From Iphione sp. A-MEVVRFRX5 (Eukaryota): DNA of 64,000 bases. Shown piece by piece: positions 23,011-37,000 of this stretch. The position numbers were made by a program, and so were the translations under genes. The notes below the pieces were generated by a model, which had not been told where the DNA came from, made no database searches, and saw only the letters and a program-made list of their open reading frames with translations. The stretch spans positions 52,576,001 through 52,640,000 of the forward strand of contig OZ320313.1 of NCBI GenBank assembly GCA_976226885.1. The letters are read 5' to 3'. Each line of letters opens with the position of its first letter. Position 1 is the first letter of the stretch.

Positions 23011-25873
23011 GCGGCTGACATGACTTTTGGTCCCCTGATCCATCCCTCATATTAGCGGATTAACATCCCTCTCATCAATGAAGGCCCGGTAAGTGCTTCT
23101 TACAAGTTAAGCTTAATCACTGTACCGAATAAGGGTTGGCATTTTCAATCTCTTCTCCGCGTTTTCTTCACCTGTTCATTTTTGCTCCTTTCTTTTCCTG
23201 GTTTATATGAACACTCTTTTGTTCTCAGTTTGGCTTACTTCGGCTGTCGTGTTTTGACATTCTAAGAAACGATTTACTCTGGATTCCCTAAATGTCTAAC
23301 CAACAATTCCTTATCGGGTTTCCATTGGTTGCTACATTTAGCTATCAGTTGGTTTCCGGTTACCATCAACATTCGGTGATCAATCATACTCTGTGGATGT
23401 CATCGCTATTTAAGGCGCCGTAGCACAGGAAAGCCCGACTTCCATGTTGTATTCGACGGCTGGTAGATTAGTCTCGGAATAAAGCTTCCAAATGGAACTA
23501 CACAGTTGAAACAGAAATTCTTCGGATTTGTCAGGTATGACTGCAATCTATTCCCATTCATCACTGCAGTTGTCTATTCACAGTCCTATTTGGCTCGAAG
23601 CGCGCCTTCCAAAAGTTAATAGAGTTTGTGATTAATTATTAACGTAACGCATAACTATCAGCAGAAAGATAATCCTTTACAAGGTCATGTAAACGGGTGA
23701 CTGCGTGGGTACCTATGGCAGACTGGGTGCGTAAATCTACATTTAAACACTTTTGTTAAAGAGGCCTACGGAGAATGGTAAATCCCGCAATAAGATATGA
23801 GCATGTATCGTTATGAAGTAAAATAGATATTTTTCCTCTACATGTAAAATACATTTACATAACACTGTTACCTAATATACTTGCTAAAACATTTTACATC
23901 GGTTACCATCGGACAGAATTGTGGACATTGACTTTCTATGGAACAGCAATAACTTTGGCCATTTTCAATACCGATAACTATTTACAGGCAATGATATTGA
24001 AGGTTAGGGTATGATTGCACCTTCATTGGTGAAGGATATTAGCTACACATGCTCGGTGTAAATCAGCTCAACGTAATGGCCTACCGTTGGTAACACGAAT
24101 GTGCTTGATAAGAAACCGAACAAAGACCCCATTCTTTTAGGTTTTACATTTGGACTGTAACGAAGTATCTAATCACATATGAGCCTCTATTTATAAAGGC
24201 AAACAGACTGGTACTCATAGCAGTGATTGAAGTCACTATGGCAATTGGTGCTAGGATAGCTTTTGAGATTAATGTAGCCATCCGCATAGGCCTAGCTGAT
24301 GAGCAGGCTGATTGTGCTATGTGGGGAGGTTTAATTCTGCATCCCCTTAAAGGCATATTGACTGATACCTCGCCAAATGCATTCGTCAAAGGAGTACATA
24401 TATTGTCTCAAGCACAGTCAATTAGCTTGGCGTGGTATTTCCTGAATTGTTGCGGATTCTGATAATGCAGGCCTGAACGAAAGCCGACGACAGAGCATTG
24501 CATTACTCACATACATTACCATGAGCAAACATCCGGCAGCAAGAACGTTCACAAAAGAAAGGGAAATGCATCCATCTTAATGCACTAAACAAGGACAACA
24601 TCAAAAAGGGCGGAATAGGAGAAACGCGTCCTAGAGCGAAAAGCATTCTTCAGGGCAAACATATCCTACAGCGCCTTGGGAAGTGAAAGGAACATGCCTT
24701 TGTTCTTTGACATTCTTACGGGGATCAAGCCAATTTACACTCCTTCTTGCCAAGGGCCGGTTTGGCGTTAGGTTAGTGGTAGTTCACGCACCCTCTCCTA
24801 TAGGGGGCAATGTTATCGTCAGCTGTCCTTTGGAGCAAAGAGATCACTTAAGCGGCAAGAACCGGCTTGTGCCATTGGAATGCAGCGTTGACAAATCCCT
24901 AAGATCTTATGGTAAGCATAGGCAAAGAATTGAGGCCTCCCATCCCATGGCGTTTCACCCAAACATTGCCTCCTCCAAACAATGCCGAAGTTCCTTTGTT
25001 TTTCTTTAGGTCCAGAAAATGGATGCATTTAACGGCATGAGGTTTTATTGTCAACACTTTTCGTAACAGCACCATCTCCGCCTAACAACAGACACAGGCA
25101 GGCGAGAAATGGACCCGAAAGGAGGGGAGGAGAAGTTAATTGTTGGAATTTATGGAGCCTGGACAACGTACGGCAATGGGTCTAATGAAAGGACGTATTC
25201 TCCGCGTCATGATGCGTTCAGATTAGGGAGAATTCGGCTGAGCTGCAGCAGAAAAGGTTCGTTTCTCATGCTACGCTGTCAAATTAATCAATTATTTAAC
25301 AACTATATAGGGCTAGTTCACCGAGTGAAACATTGACCGGATGTACGAGTGAGAGACGATCGGTGGAATTTTAGAGCTTTTAGTATGTTTTTTTGCACTC
25401 AGATCTTTTAGAAATATGCTTCCTTTCTGTCGTTGGATCATCGTGAGTTGTATTTAAAGAATGTGAAGATGCACACAAGTGCTCAGATTTGATCATGCAG
25501 ACTGCGTCCATAATTTCCTGAGAACGTATTAATTGGTATAACGTATGTTCACTTTGCTGATCTTCCGACGAGCATGATGTCAACTACAAGCACAGAAAGA
25601 CAAATATGTCGTCAATGAAAATATATATTCGACATAATTATCCTAAAAGAATGAATATATTCGTTCTGTCGTACTCAAGTCAGCTAAAACTGAGTCATGT
25701 TTCTAAATATCAAACAATGTATATTTTATGCACGTCAAGTATGGACAACTTTCCCTGCTTTATTTTGGAACAGGTCGTGGGTTACGCACACCTCAGGGGA
25801 ATGCCAATAAAATATAAACAGTAAGAACATAAGAGCGAAGCGTTCCATGCTTCTTGCCTAGTGAGGGGGACTC

Positions 25874-25905
25874 CCACGTCGGCGAAGCCACGTCGGCGAA
25901 GCCAC
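25874..25905. repeat. 14-bp perfect tandem duplication
   Basis: (CCACGTCGGCGAAG)2 followed by CCAC. Confidence 0.9.
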
Positions 25906-28900
25906 TGCACCGCACCCAAAGAGTCAGTCACGTACAAGTGGCTTCCGAACGCCTCGCTTCAATTTTCTCGCCTGCGCCCCTCTCACGTTACTCACAAGGA
26001 CTGCCTTTTAGGGAATTCCCCTGACCGATGTCTCGGTTGCCGACTTGTCCTCTCCAGTGGGGGTATCCAATCAGTTCATCCTGGTTGCCTCTATTGACAC
26101 CAGTGGAAGACAGGCGTCCAGGAGACAAGAATGGTAGGCGTCACTTCCGACTTCTAGCCGATGCATTCTTTTTCCCTAGATTCCTTCGGGTTTTCATTTC
26201 TAGTCATCTTTATTTGCCCTCTCTTTGTAAAGTGTTCGTCTTACGGCAAGGGGACGTGTATTATCCTCTTGGATCTCTGACATCAGCGGCGTGCTTCATA
26301 TTGCCAAGTGGAGAGCTAGACTTGCGTGATGGAGTCGTCTTATTCTCCACTGATTCCCTACTTATTACCTGAGTTCACTTTAGCTTTTATTGTACTCCAA
26401 CTACGCACCGTTCCCCGACAGCTGCTTAATAGTGTTATTTAGGCAGTCTGCCCTACTCGATCAAAAGCAATCATTAAGCCAAATGATGAGAGGGCTTCCA
26501 GAGCAAGTCGGCAGCCCAATATTTTGTTAAAGGATAAAGTGGTAGTGAAGGCCAGTGCAAGTTAATATTGCAAATGACATTTAAAAAGTACGATGATTAA
26601 CTATCCCAGGTTTCGCATCTCCACTTATTAAAGGTGTACACGCTATTCTTACTCCCTCAGATTCCTGCCACGTCATTTAATTTGTAAATTTCTGATAATA
26701 ATTGATGGCAATTAAATTTACTTAGCTCGTGAAGTGATCAGATCATAACCTTATCTGGCTTCACTACTTGATTGCAACAACAGACCGCACGATGCTTTCC
26801 GAAACTGGTAAGAAAGCTGATATTAAGTATTGGGTCTATTTATCCGAGGCACTACCTAGAATATCCCAAAGAATACGTGCCATAATAATATCTGAATAGA
26901 GGCCTTTAAGAAAGATAACGCTTTCGTCCCTACACATAAATCTTAAGCAGAGAATTATTTGGCAACTGAGCGACCTGAAGTCACGGAAGGTCAGCCAGTT
27001 CTCTTTCATCGACATCACTGGCAGGGATCCGCAATGATGTGACCGGAGACTAATTTCTATGTTCTACGAGAAAATCTACCTCAGAAAAACATAGGCGCTT
27101 GCCACCAAAGTTTTCAGGGAGACACACTGATAAGCACGTTGTTACATTGAAATACGCAAGTATACTTGAATATGGGTGACTAAAAATGAAAGAGACCTTG
27201 AGAGGAAAAAGAGGACGGGAATTTTATTGACAGGTTGCCCACTGATATTTCTTTCTGATTACGGTTACTGAGAACAGCCTAACGACTCGCGTTAGAGTGG
27301 CAGCTTATTGAGATCTTACGGTAATGATGTGCCAAATACCATTATGCTTCTGCTGCGTTTGTATCACTGATGATATGCATCTTGTGAACAGAAAATGACT
27401 TCGTTCATTATGTGAGGAAACATTTCAGAGCGCGTATTGTGACATCAAGACTATCTATACTTGTCGATGGCATTCCATAAAGCTGTTTTTGTGATAGTTT
27501 AAGAGATGCAAACCAAAGTGTATAAAAAAACGAAAAGATGGGATGTAGGTGATGGTTCCCAGAGATAACGCGCGGAGAAGGCACTGATGTCGCCACTGAA
27601 CGTATAAGAAGGATCTAATGAGATTGTGGCATGTCTGTGGACTACAAATAGCGAATTCTAAGGCGATGTAAACTTTGGGAGGAAGACATTAAGAGGCTGT
27701 TCGACATGGTCGTGGCTTCATATACCACTATACAAAAGCTCCCCCTGCCTCTAGTTGTACGCAAACACGATTGGTGATCAATCGTTAGTAGCGACCCGTT
27801 CCTAGCATCAATATACTTTGCTTGACGACCGGTTGCCAAGCGGTTGGCCGGATGGGCTTGATGACAGCAAACCAGGATGATAAACTGTTTTCTTCTTCTT
27901 TTGCTCCCCCTCCTGCACCGTCTACTGGCAGCTCCATTTTGCAAGAACGTGGTTTTAAGTCCCCCAGTCCCTACACTGGCAACTGCAGGAGACGCCCATG
28001 CACTCGCTGCTGGGCATGACGAGTAATGGATGACGAATTATGGGACAGTTTATGGTCGACATTGAGGTGGGCTGACAATAGACAAGTCGCAGTGTGGGCA
28101 CTGTAAATGGACTCCAGAGAAGGTAAGGGATGACTGACAAAATCTCACGTGATCCAGTGTCACACTTTAGTCGAGCATCTTCACTCCTTTTACTCTCTTC
28201 ACTGGCTGCCCCACCCCACATTGGCCGTTAAAGACATGCCTACTGCCTCCAAGAAGACTATTTTTGCTATCACATTAGTTTCTTCTGCAATATTGATGCA
28301 TAAGGAATAGTATTGAGCGTTTTGGAACAGATAATCAGTCGCACTCTCCAAAAACTACACACAAGCCCAGCGTCGATGAGTCCGAGTGTATGTTGAAATG
28401 GGGAGACCGTAGGCATTATCTGTTACACTCTCCCTGGGTGGCTCTGGCAAAGTAAAATGTAGCATAGGGAACCAATTTCTAGCGAAAGAAAATGTTTGAG
28501 CAATAAATACGTTCTAGATATTTCCAACGATATCCCTCCAATGACAGGTGCCCTGCATACATTTTAATATTAAGCTTACACTAAGTCTTTGTGAGATACT
28601 CCATCTTTGATCCGCCTCATCTGCATCGTCATTCACTAAATAAACAAGAACTAATACAATAAGGTCTTTGCTGTTTGCAGAAACACGTATAATAAAATGT
28701 GCACTGACTCGGGGAGAGGCCAGGTAGCCTACCAAGCGTTCCTTGTTGTTAAATATGTAAAGTTTAAATTATCCTTATTTTTTTTATAATAAACCCAGCT
28801 ATTACGATCTGTGGGTGAAATATACTTTTCGTTTTTATAACTATTTTTCATTTCCAAAAAACAATCTGGCACTAACCTGTGGAATGGGTGATTTTGTAGA

Positions 28901-31025
28901 ATATCTGCTTCTAGAACAAGAAATCTTTCCTTCCCTTAGAGAGAAAAAACATGATGAGAAGAGTGAATTAATATTGGTTGCAATTTCTGGTATAAAACAC
29001 TGTAATGCATTTATCATTGCATATACAACCAGGGAGTTTGGTCTGTGAAAAGAGTAGTTTGAGAACAATAGCATCTGCATTTATTTTCCAGGCGTGATAA
29101 ATAAGCATGCGGAAGCGAATGTCTATAGCGGCAAACACCGAAACTTAGCGCACTCTGCAGCTGTAGACCGCAATGGCCTGCTGCACTCATAAGGCTGGGA
29201 GTAATGAATAACCGCAGCAAGTAGCCCTGGCGTGGGGGGCCGCACTACCTCTGACGCCAGGCGGCCATTAAGGTGTAAAACTAGCCGACTTTATGGGTCG
29301 TCCGAGCCCTTAATGAGCAGCTCACCGCCGACACACCCACACAGGTGATTTAATGATTTACGCCCGTCGTTTGCACTTGTAGCACACGGTAATCTCCCGA
29401 TTGATGACCGTGAAACGTCAAAATTGTCCGGCATAAAGTAAGTCGTACGGCCTTTTTCAATAATGAAGGCGGACTCGATGACCAAGGTGAATGGAAATTG
29501 AACAGCACACGCAACTTGTGAGGTTATGCGTCAATATGAAGGAGAGAGGTGGCAGATGTTGAGTATCGGCCTACTGCATGTATATGCCACTTTTTGTAAA
29601 GGCGATTGTGTTAGCGCATGTTTTAGATGAGTGCAAGAACACGTTCTAGAGGGCGATCGACCAAAACTGAACATTGGAAAAGATCTCAGGACTGGTAGTA
29701 CGGTGCTTTCCTTAATAGAAAAAAGGGAAAATTACCAGTCAAGGATATGTTACCACTTCGCCGAGTGGTCTGCAGAATGTGTCAACCTGGTTAACAGCAA
29801 TGATCCGAAATCGAGGTTCCCGACAGAAACCCAATACCTTGTTAAGAAAGAATTGAAGTATTCGTTGGTCTCATTGGACGGAGGAGGGTAATACATGTAC
29901 GTGTATATACCTGGTATGCATTTGGCGTCTGTGTTAGCAAATGTTTAACCAGTTCAACAACATAGCAAAACACGTGCGTACGTAAGAGTTTGGGTTTTGA
30001 AGGGTGTTAAGAAGCTGAATGCAAACGAAGTCACGTATCCAGTTTACTGGTAGAAGACATAGCCCTATAGTTTCTCCTGATGAAGACATGCACACAAATA
30101 CTACTAAAGCATCTTATCGTTCTTATTTGTCAGCATTAACAAAAGGGAAGTATTTACCTAAACAACACATCTATAACCTAAGTAACCACGATCTGTCCTC
30201 TTAAGTAAAAACCAGACAAGACAGTGTGTGATACTTGTGTCATTGGAATAAGATAGAAAGACCTCTATGATACTACATTGTCGAACAAAGCACAAGCGAA
30301 GAGATACTGGGGGTGACAAGAACCATCCATTAGATTGAACCGGGCATGTTTTCCCCAGCCACCTGTCCATACACACAGCCGTTGCTTTGTTCTCACATGT
30401 ACTGTTTCTTCACAAGCACAATGCACAATGTGAAATGTGAGATTCTAGAATGGCCAATATGTTTGTGCTTGCTGCCGTGCAAAGCGTTTAAAATGCTTGC
30501 TTATGTTCATACACATGACGTAATAAATGGATTTATCTGGTAAAGAATAGAGCCCCCTTTTCGAGTATATAATCGATTGAATCCTATGAAAAGTACAGGT
30601 CAAGGAAAGAGCAAGTTGTTTTTCTCGAATCACAAGAGGCAACGTTTGCTGAATCTTATGCTTGATTGAACCGATGCAAGCCGAAACACATCCTAAAGTG
30701 TTTCGAAAGGTAATTTTCAAATAAAGTTGTGACCACTTTGATAGTGTAGAAGGCCAAATGCCCACAGCCCCAATCTTGATCATCGCCAGGAACCCCTATC
30801 AGCACAGGACTTTAGCCGCCATCTTTATCTCTTAGTTCTCACCCTTTTCCCAACTACCACCACCTCTGTAGTCACAAGGAAATCCATGCCCGTTCAGCGC
30901 CGTATTGGCGGAAACTCTGCGGGATATTGACTTTGTCCTTTGGCCACCAGCCTCCTGGAGCAGAACAATAATACAGTGCCCCACAATCGATGACGCACCA
31001 CTAGTGTCACCAGAGGCGCCACTGC

Positions 31026-31038
31026 TGACCTTTGACCC
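31026..31038 (-). promoter_or_regulatory. Consensus nuclear-receptor DR1 element
   Basis: TGACCT-T-TGACCC, reverse complement GGGTCA-A-AGGTCA. Motif match only. Confidence 0.4.
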
Positions 31039-34000
31039 TCAAGAACCTTGAGGACTGGCATCCTCTGACCTTAGTTAGCCCTTAAGAATTGCCTCCCGAC
31101 AACATAGTGCTATCGCTATAGACGATCAACTGTTATTTTCGGTTATTGACAAATAACAGGTGACCAAATTTTCTTCCGAATCACATTGAACTGGACGGAA
31201 CCCTGGCTGCATCACAAGTATCAATGGCAATGGCTAAAGCTTCGTCATCCCCTATAGGTTCAATGTGAAAACTGAAGGTTTTTAACCTCAATTTCCCAAG
31301 GTGGCTGAAATCTCTTGAGATTCAAAATATCGCGGGTCTTAGTCTGTCACTGGAAACAACAGACGGATAACAAATATGCAGTCGTTCCTCATTCTCCTCA
31401 CTTTATCCATGTAACCATTATATTTCACATGAACATGTATGTTCACTTAAATATTCTGTATCTACATGAAGTAGGCGAACTTGGCGAAATCATACGATTC
31501 ACCACTGCAAGTGGGGCAGTCCGTCAAAGTAGCCACCGCGACTGGCAGCGCCGCCCTATCTGTCGATCCTGGTAGCCGAGGGCGCCAACACGGGCGCACC
31601 TTTGTGATGGCACTATTGACACTTCCCTGTGTGGTGTCCTAGGCTTCCTGGGTATGGGGGCACCACCCGGGTCGGAGAATCTACCAGCATGCAAGACAGG
31701 CGGTTTAACACTGATGGCGCTGTCTGACGATGAATGCTAGGGTAGGTTGGCGCTGGGGAGAATCGGGAAATGGAGGGGATTGGCAAGTGTTAACGGGGGC
31801 ACTGGGTGAAATGTACGCCAGAGACAATGCGGGGAACCGCAGAAAGCGTAAGAGAAAACAAGAATGGCTCTTTCAGAAATGCCCGGAATAAACTTTATTT
31901 TCAAGATGTAATAGAGACACTTCCTTTCAATATAACATGTACATGTATGCATACCTAGACATTCAATGCGAATATGTTTCTGTATGAATATACATATTTC
32001 TCCTATAAAAACAGAACATATACAAAATTGTTTCAAATCACCATCCTCACTTATATTGTCGTTTCCCCTTAAACATAAATCTAAATGTTAGATTAAATAA
32101 CCAGGGCAATTATGAGAAATACGTTTATTCATTAGGAATCAAGCATATACACACGATAATTCTGTTTTTAGCAATAGCCTTAAAAAATCATCAACATATG
32201 AAGCACACGTCCATTCGTTAGTAAGTGATAGTGATATCAAATTTGCATTTTGTTTACAATGCTATAGGACACCAAGTTAAGCTGTTGCTTACAGATAGAA
32301 GACACATATCTTTCTGGAGGATTTGCAGCAGAAGAGCGTCATGAGGATGCCGAACACACTTCACAAATATGAGCTTGAGGGCTTGCGTGACAGCAGTAGG
32401 TACCAGGCAAATGTCGGTCCATATAACCATATATGACAATGCCATCCTGAGGGCTACGATGAAAATGTAATTAAATTAACAGGTTTGGTACTAGTCTCCT
32501 ATAGGCAGGTATCCCAATCAGGGGCTTGGCCAAGGACTGATTCTGAACTGTGTGAATTTTTGTTTTATGTGTTCTAGTGTTTGCCTGACGCTGCAAAAGT
32601 GGTCTTGCCTTTGGGCTAGTTTATATAGAAATGTCTTATCAATATGCTGTTACCAAGAGCGTCACAGCTAGCATCGGTTTGAATATTACGCCATGTAAAT
32701 GTCAATTCATTTTACATCTGCCATTGATGACAACTGTACAATGCGTCGTGCTCCTAAACTGACTGCACGCGTCCGTTCCACTAATACATGGATGCTGATG
32801 TACATGTATACTAAAATATAAAATGACCGATATAGACGCCTGGCTCGGGCAAGACGACCGAGCACTCTACACAATGCATACAGCAAGATAGGTCAAGCAT
32901 CCATATAGACTACTATGCATTTAGTTGCGTTAATTACGTCAATTTTAGTCTCAATATTGACAGAATATCTGTGCTACTGGATAAATAAAACATTTCGCTA
33001 AATGCTCATGTTCACGTTGTCAAAGCTCTACGGTTTTAGCGGGGTAAGGCCTATATCATTTCCATGCTGAAACAACTGATGAAAAGGTACTTATAAAACA
33101 GGTTATAAAATTTAAGTTGCAAGATATATTTCTATCAAGGTAACCAATGTTACCGATAGTATGATGTATTTACGAAACAATGTACAATGGCAGCGCAGTA
33201 GTCCTAATAGAACCATCGGTAAATTCAGAGAATTCTATTTGACGGCGGCTGGAAGTCTGTGAAATGTCACAGACTGTTAGGATATAGGTTCTGCGTCATC
33301 ACTTGGGTCAGAATCACGAATAAATCCTATTGAAACTACATTGGCATTAGGTCTATATGAAAGCGATCTTTCTGGCGGAAATGATAAGTGAGAATAACAA
33401 CGAATCCAAATGTCAGACGCCTTCTATAATAATGTCAAACAATTGCGCAGAACATAGAAGTCAGATTATTCTGATTTCTCACTTGGCTCCTGGGTATATT
33501 GACGTCCATTCTTTTTATTGTCACGTGAAGTGGGATACTGTCTGCTTTGTCATTAAGCATATTCCATCCGTAATTCGACTATGGAGAAAACATGAGTAAT
33601 TTCATTAAGAGGAAGGAGTCCAACCTATGTTTGAAAAATACACTGGACGACCGATATCTCTACATACATGGCATTAAGTGACTTTTGGACAATGGTGTAA
33701 ACCACTCTGGTCTCAGGGGTTCAGAGTAAAAGAGAGGCCAGCCGACATAAAGTACTCAGGATGTAGGAGTGCCTAAAGTGAGCAACTCATTCTAACTCCT
33801 GAAGTGCTGATTGTGCTTGGCGGTTGGGGGAAGGTATTGGTCTAACGTTCTCAGTTCTTAAAGTCGGCCTTCATTAACATTCAGCCGAAGGACCCGCCTC
33901 CTCATTTGTCCCTCTGGACTCCTGTGTCTCGGTTAATTAGTCGCTCCTTGGTGGCACGTGAACGTCCTACCAAGAGTCGTGACACCTCACGCGTTAAACA

Positions 34001-37000
34001 GCACCCGGTCATCCTGCCTTAATGGCTGTTACTGCCTGACTCTCAAGCACGCACACGCACACGCACGTACGGACACCGTAGAAACGACTGGCTAAACACG
34101 CTAGTATACATGCACAGACAGTCAAGACCTGGGTTAGATACAGTAAATTTGCGAAGATGAAACTTCAAGCAGCTTCTGTAAGGCCAAGTGCACACCCCTT
34201 TTCAACGACTTAGTGGACTCCCACCTGAGAAGGCAGAAAGGACGGCGGCTGGAATTCAAATATTGTTTCCTGTCAAACCCTCCAACACAAAAACTTTCTA
34301 CAAGACTTAAAAATATTCTTTCAACAAGTTCCTCTGGCGTGTATCTTCCTGATTAGAGGAGGCCTTGTGTGTCTTGAGTTGGCCTGCCCTTCTATTTGCA
34401 CTGCAGCGCAAACTTTCTTCTCATCAGGTCGTGGGACCATGGTCGTGTGGTTGACTTGGGTAACACGTCACGTAGGTTAATCTGGTTTTATATTCGGCGT
34501 AAAAAACACGATGATCCTGAGATCTTTTCGCCGCTGTGACGTCTTTCTTCAGCGCACCGGAAGTTGCCACAATCGACTTGATTAAACGCGCGACAGCCGT
34601 CGCGAAGGTAAAGGAGAAGGGTGGGTGCAAGAGGGAGGAAGGTAGTTGATGCGATGGAGTTAGCAGGAGCGGACGACTCTAGTAGGCAGGCAAAGCGGCA
34701 AGGCACCAAGGAGGCAGGGCGGCATGGGGGTGTGTTCCGGCTGATTCTCTGTTTCTCTCTCTCTTTCTCCTGCTTGGCCGTAAGGATGAATCATGTGATT
34801 TAATCAGGCGTTGAAAGAAGGCGCCGCGACCGCGATAGTAGGTCCCGTCGCCACCGCCCACAATGCGTCTGTGTCGCGAGGTAATGCGCGCCGCGGGCAT
34901 CTGTCACGAGGCAACAAGAGACGCCTGGTGGCGCCACCAGATGTAATTAGTGATACTCGTTCGGGGCCGGTGTGACTTTGCATGTTGATGAGACTGAGGG
35001 GCGCGCGCAGGAGGTCATCAGTAAGGATCAGGCGGCCAGGCCCCCAAAAGGCCCTGGTACACAGTCTGCGGGCGATCAGAGAACCAGGGCCACTGCAGTA
35101 GGCAATATCCTAGTACGGAGAGGCTCACCGGCTGAACGAGCCGGGTGAACGATGAAGATTGACCAAAGACCTTATGGATCATCCTTCTGGCCCTAGTCTT
35201 TCTAATTTGCACCACCAGTTCTCAGTAAATATCTCAGAATGAAAAACTCTATTTCATTTATTTTCTGTTGGACTCCTCTGATTCTTTCTTTGGACATTTC
35301 GCAATATTTTCTTGCGTAGACAAAACATCTGCTACGCGTAAGAAGATGCTTGCATTGAAACGACTCCAAGAGGTTAACATTGTCTATATATTTGTAAATC
35401 CCTTTCCCGATCCTCCTTCGGTGTACTTATGATATCAATATGTAAAATACATCCTGTACATCCTGTGCATGGATGGTTTGCGAGTGTAGGAGATGCGTGC
35501 GGTACTCAGGCGAGGGGTTGTGGTTTGGGCGACCACTGAGCCTATTGAAACCAACGGCGGTTGCTGATAACATGCACAGGGGACAATGGGCGTTGCTAAA
35601 TGCCTTTCCTCGAGAACATCTGTCCTTGGAGCGACCTCACCGCGGTGATGAAAGAGAACTTTTCAGCTCGCAGACGATGTCTCGCTGGGGCTCTGCGCCC
35701 GATCACTCTCACCCAACTATTCAGTAGTCCACTGCTGCTCTTCATCCACCACGCTTTTGTGCCATCCTCCTCGGCGAGTTGCATCTCAATCGGTTGCATT
35801 GGAGTTGGTCTTTGGCTCACGTTATCCTTAACCTCCTGGTTTTATTGTGTGCTTTCATGAGTGATCCTCAAGCTAGCCATCGAGGCCCGTTGCTCTCAGC
35901 ATGACCGTTAACATTGTCTTGTCTGGCGCGCGTTTGCCCTCAAAAAGGACAGCCGCCTTAATATATATTATTCCTAATTGTATTGTTCACGTAGATGTTC
36001 ACATTTATCAAAGAAAAGATATTGATCTTTAGATCATCACCTGTGTTTCTGTAGTCGATTCTTTCTTGGGGGTTAATCATGTGGGTCACTTCGGAGTTTA
36101 CAATTTCAGAAATCCAAGTTTGGAACACAAAGAAAGGAACTCGTACAACTCAAAAGCATGCTTCTCCATGAGATGAATGCCATGAGATCAGAAAGATTGT
36201 GACCGCAGGAGCAGTATGTGGTCAATTCGCAATATTCTGTTCAGCTGGTACTCCATTTAGGGAGAGTGTTGTGCAAAGAATAAACAAACAATACACATGT
36301 ATTCATATTGGAGCATTTGATCCCATATATATGTTGCCAAGTTCTTCATGCTTAATCGAACTGTAGCGTTATACTGTTCAAGTTCAACATTCAAAAAGGT
36401 TTAATCTAATCAATATGTATCTCTGGAAAGCTACTTCTCACTGCAAATTCCTCCGTAACATGGCCGCAGAAATATTCACAATTCTGACCCCATCAAAGAT
36501 ACTCTCACCTGGCAGCCTGCAAATGCTTTACACCATCCTAGAATACCATCGGCTTAACTAAATGAGACGTGGGGCTCGTGTGGGTCCGACTTGACGAAGG
36601 CACTTCTCATCCGGCCACTCAAAGCCATGTCAACGCCCGGTCATTGCCCACATCCACTGCAGAAGGTCCATGTGGTTCCTATATTCTGGTCCTAAATGCC
36701 TGGCGCCTGGGTTTGTTATTGGAATATGTTGCTGCAACCGACCTTGAACAGGACTTTGAACGGACTAATTTATACATCGCATTACATGCGTCATATTTTC
36801 CCAGTTCGAACAACCATTGTTGGTTGTTAGAACTTCCTGTATGCAGACGTGGTTATGTGTCTATGTGCACGTCGTGTACAAACACATATAATTATACAGA
36901 ATATAAATCAACCTTCGCAAATAGCTTTCTCCATATACCATCATGAAAACTGACAAACTTCATTTCACGGAATAAATGCTGCCTGACATTGACATGATCT

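Noticed and set aside
26627-26909. TTAAAGG ... CCTTTAA, Kolobok-like ends
   Set aside because: Similarity does not extend beyond 7 bp.
30459-30483. CLCLLPCK peptide resembling CLEPCK
   Set aside because: Wrong strand and no splice sites; the real exon is at 41849-41908.
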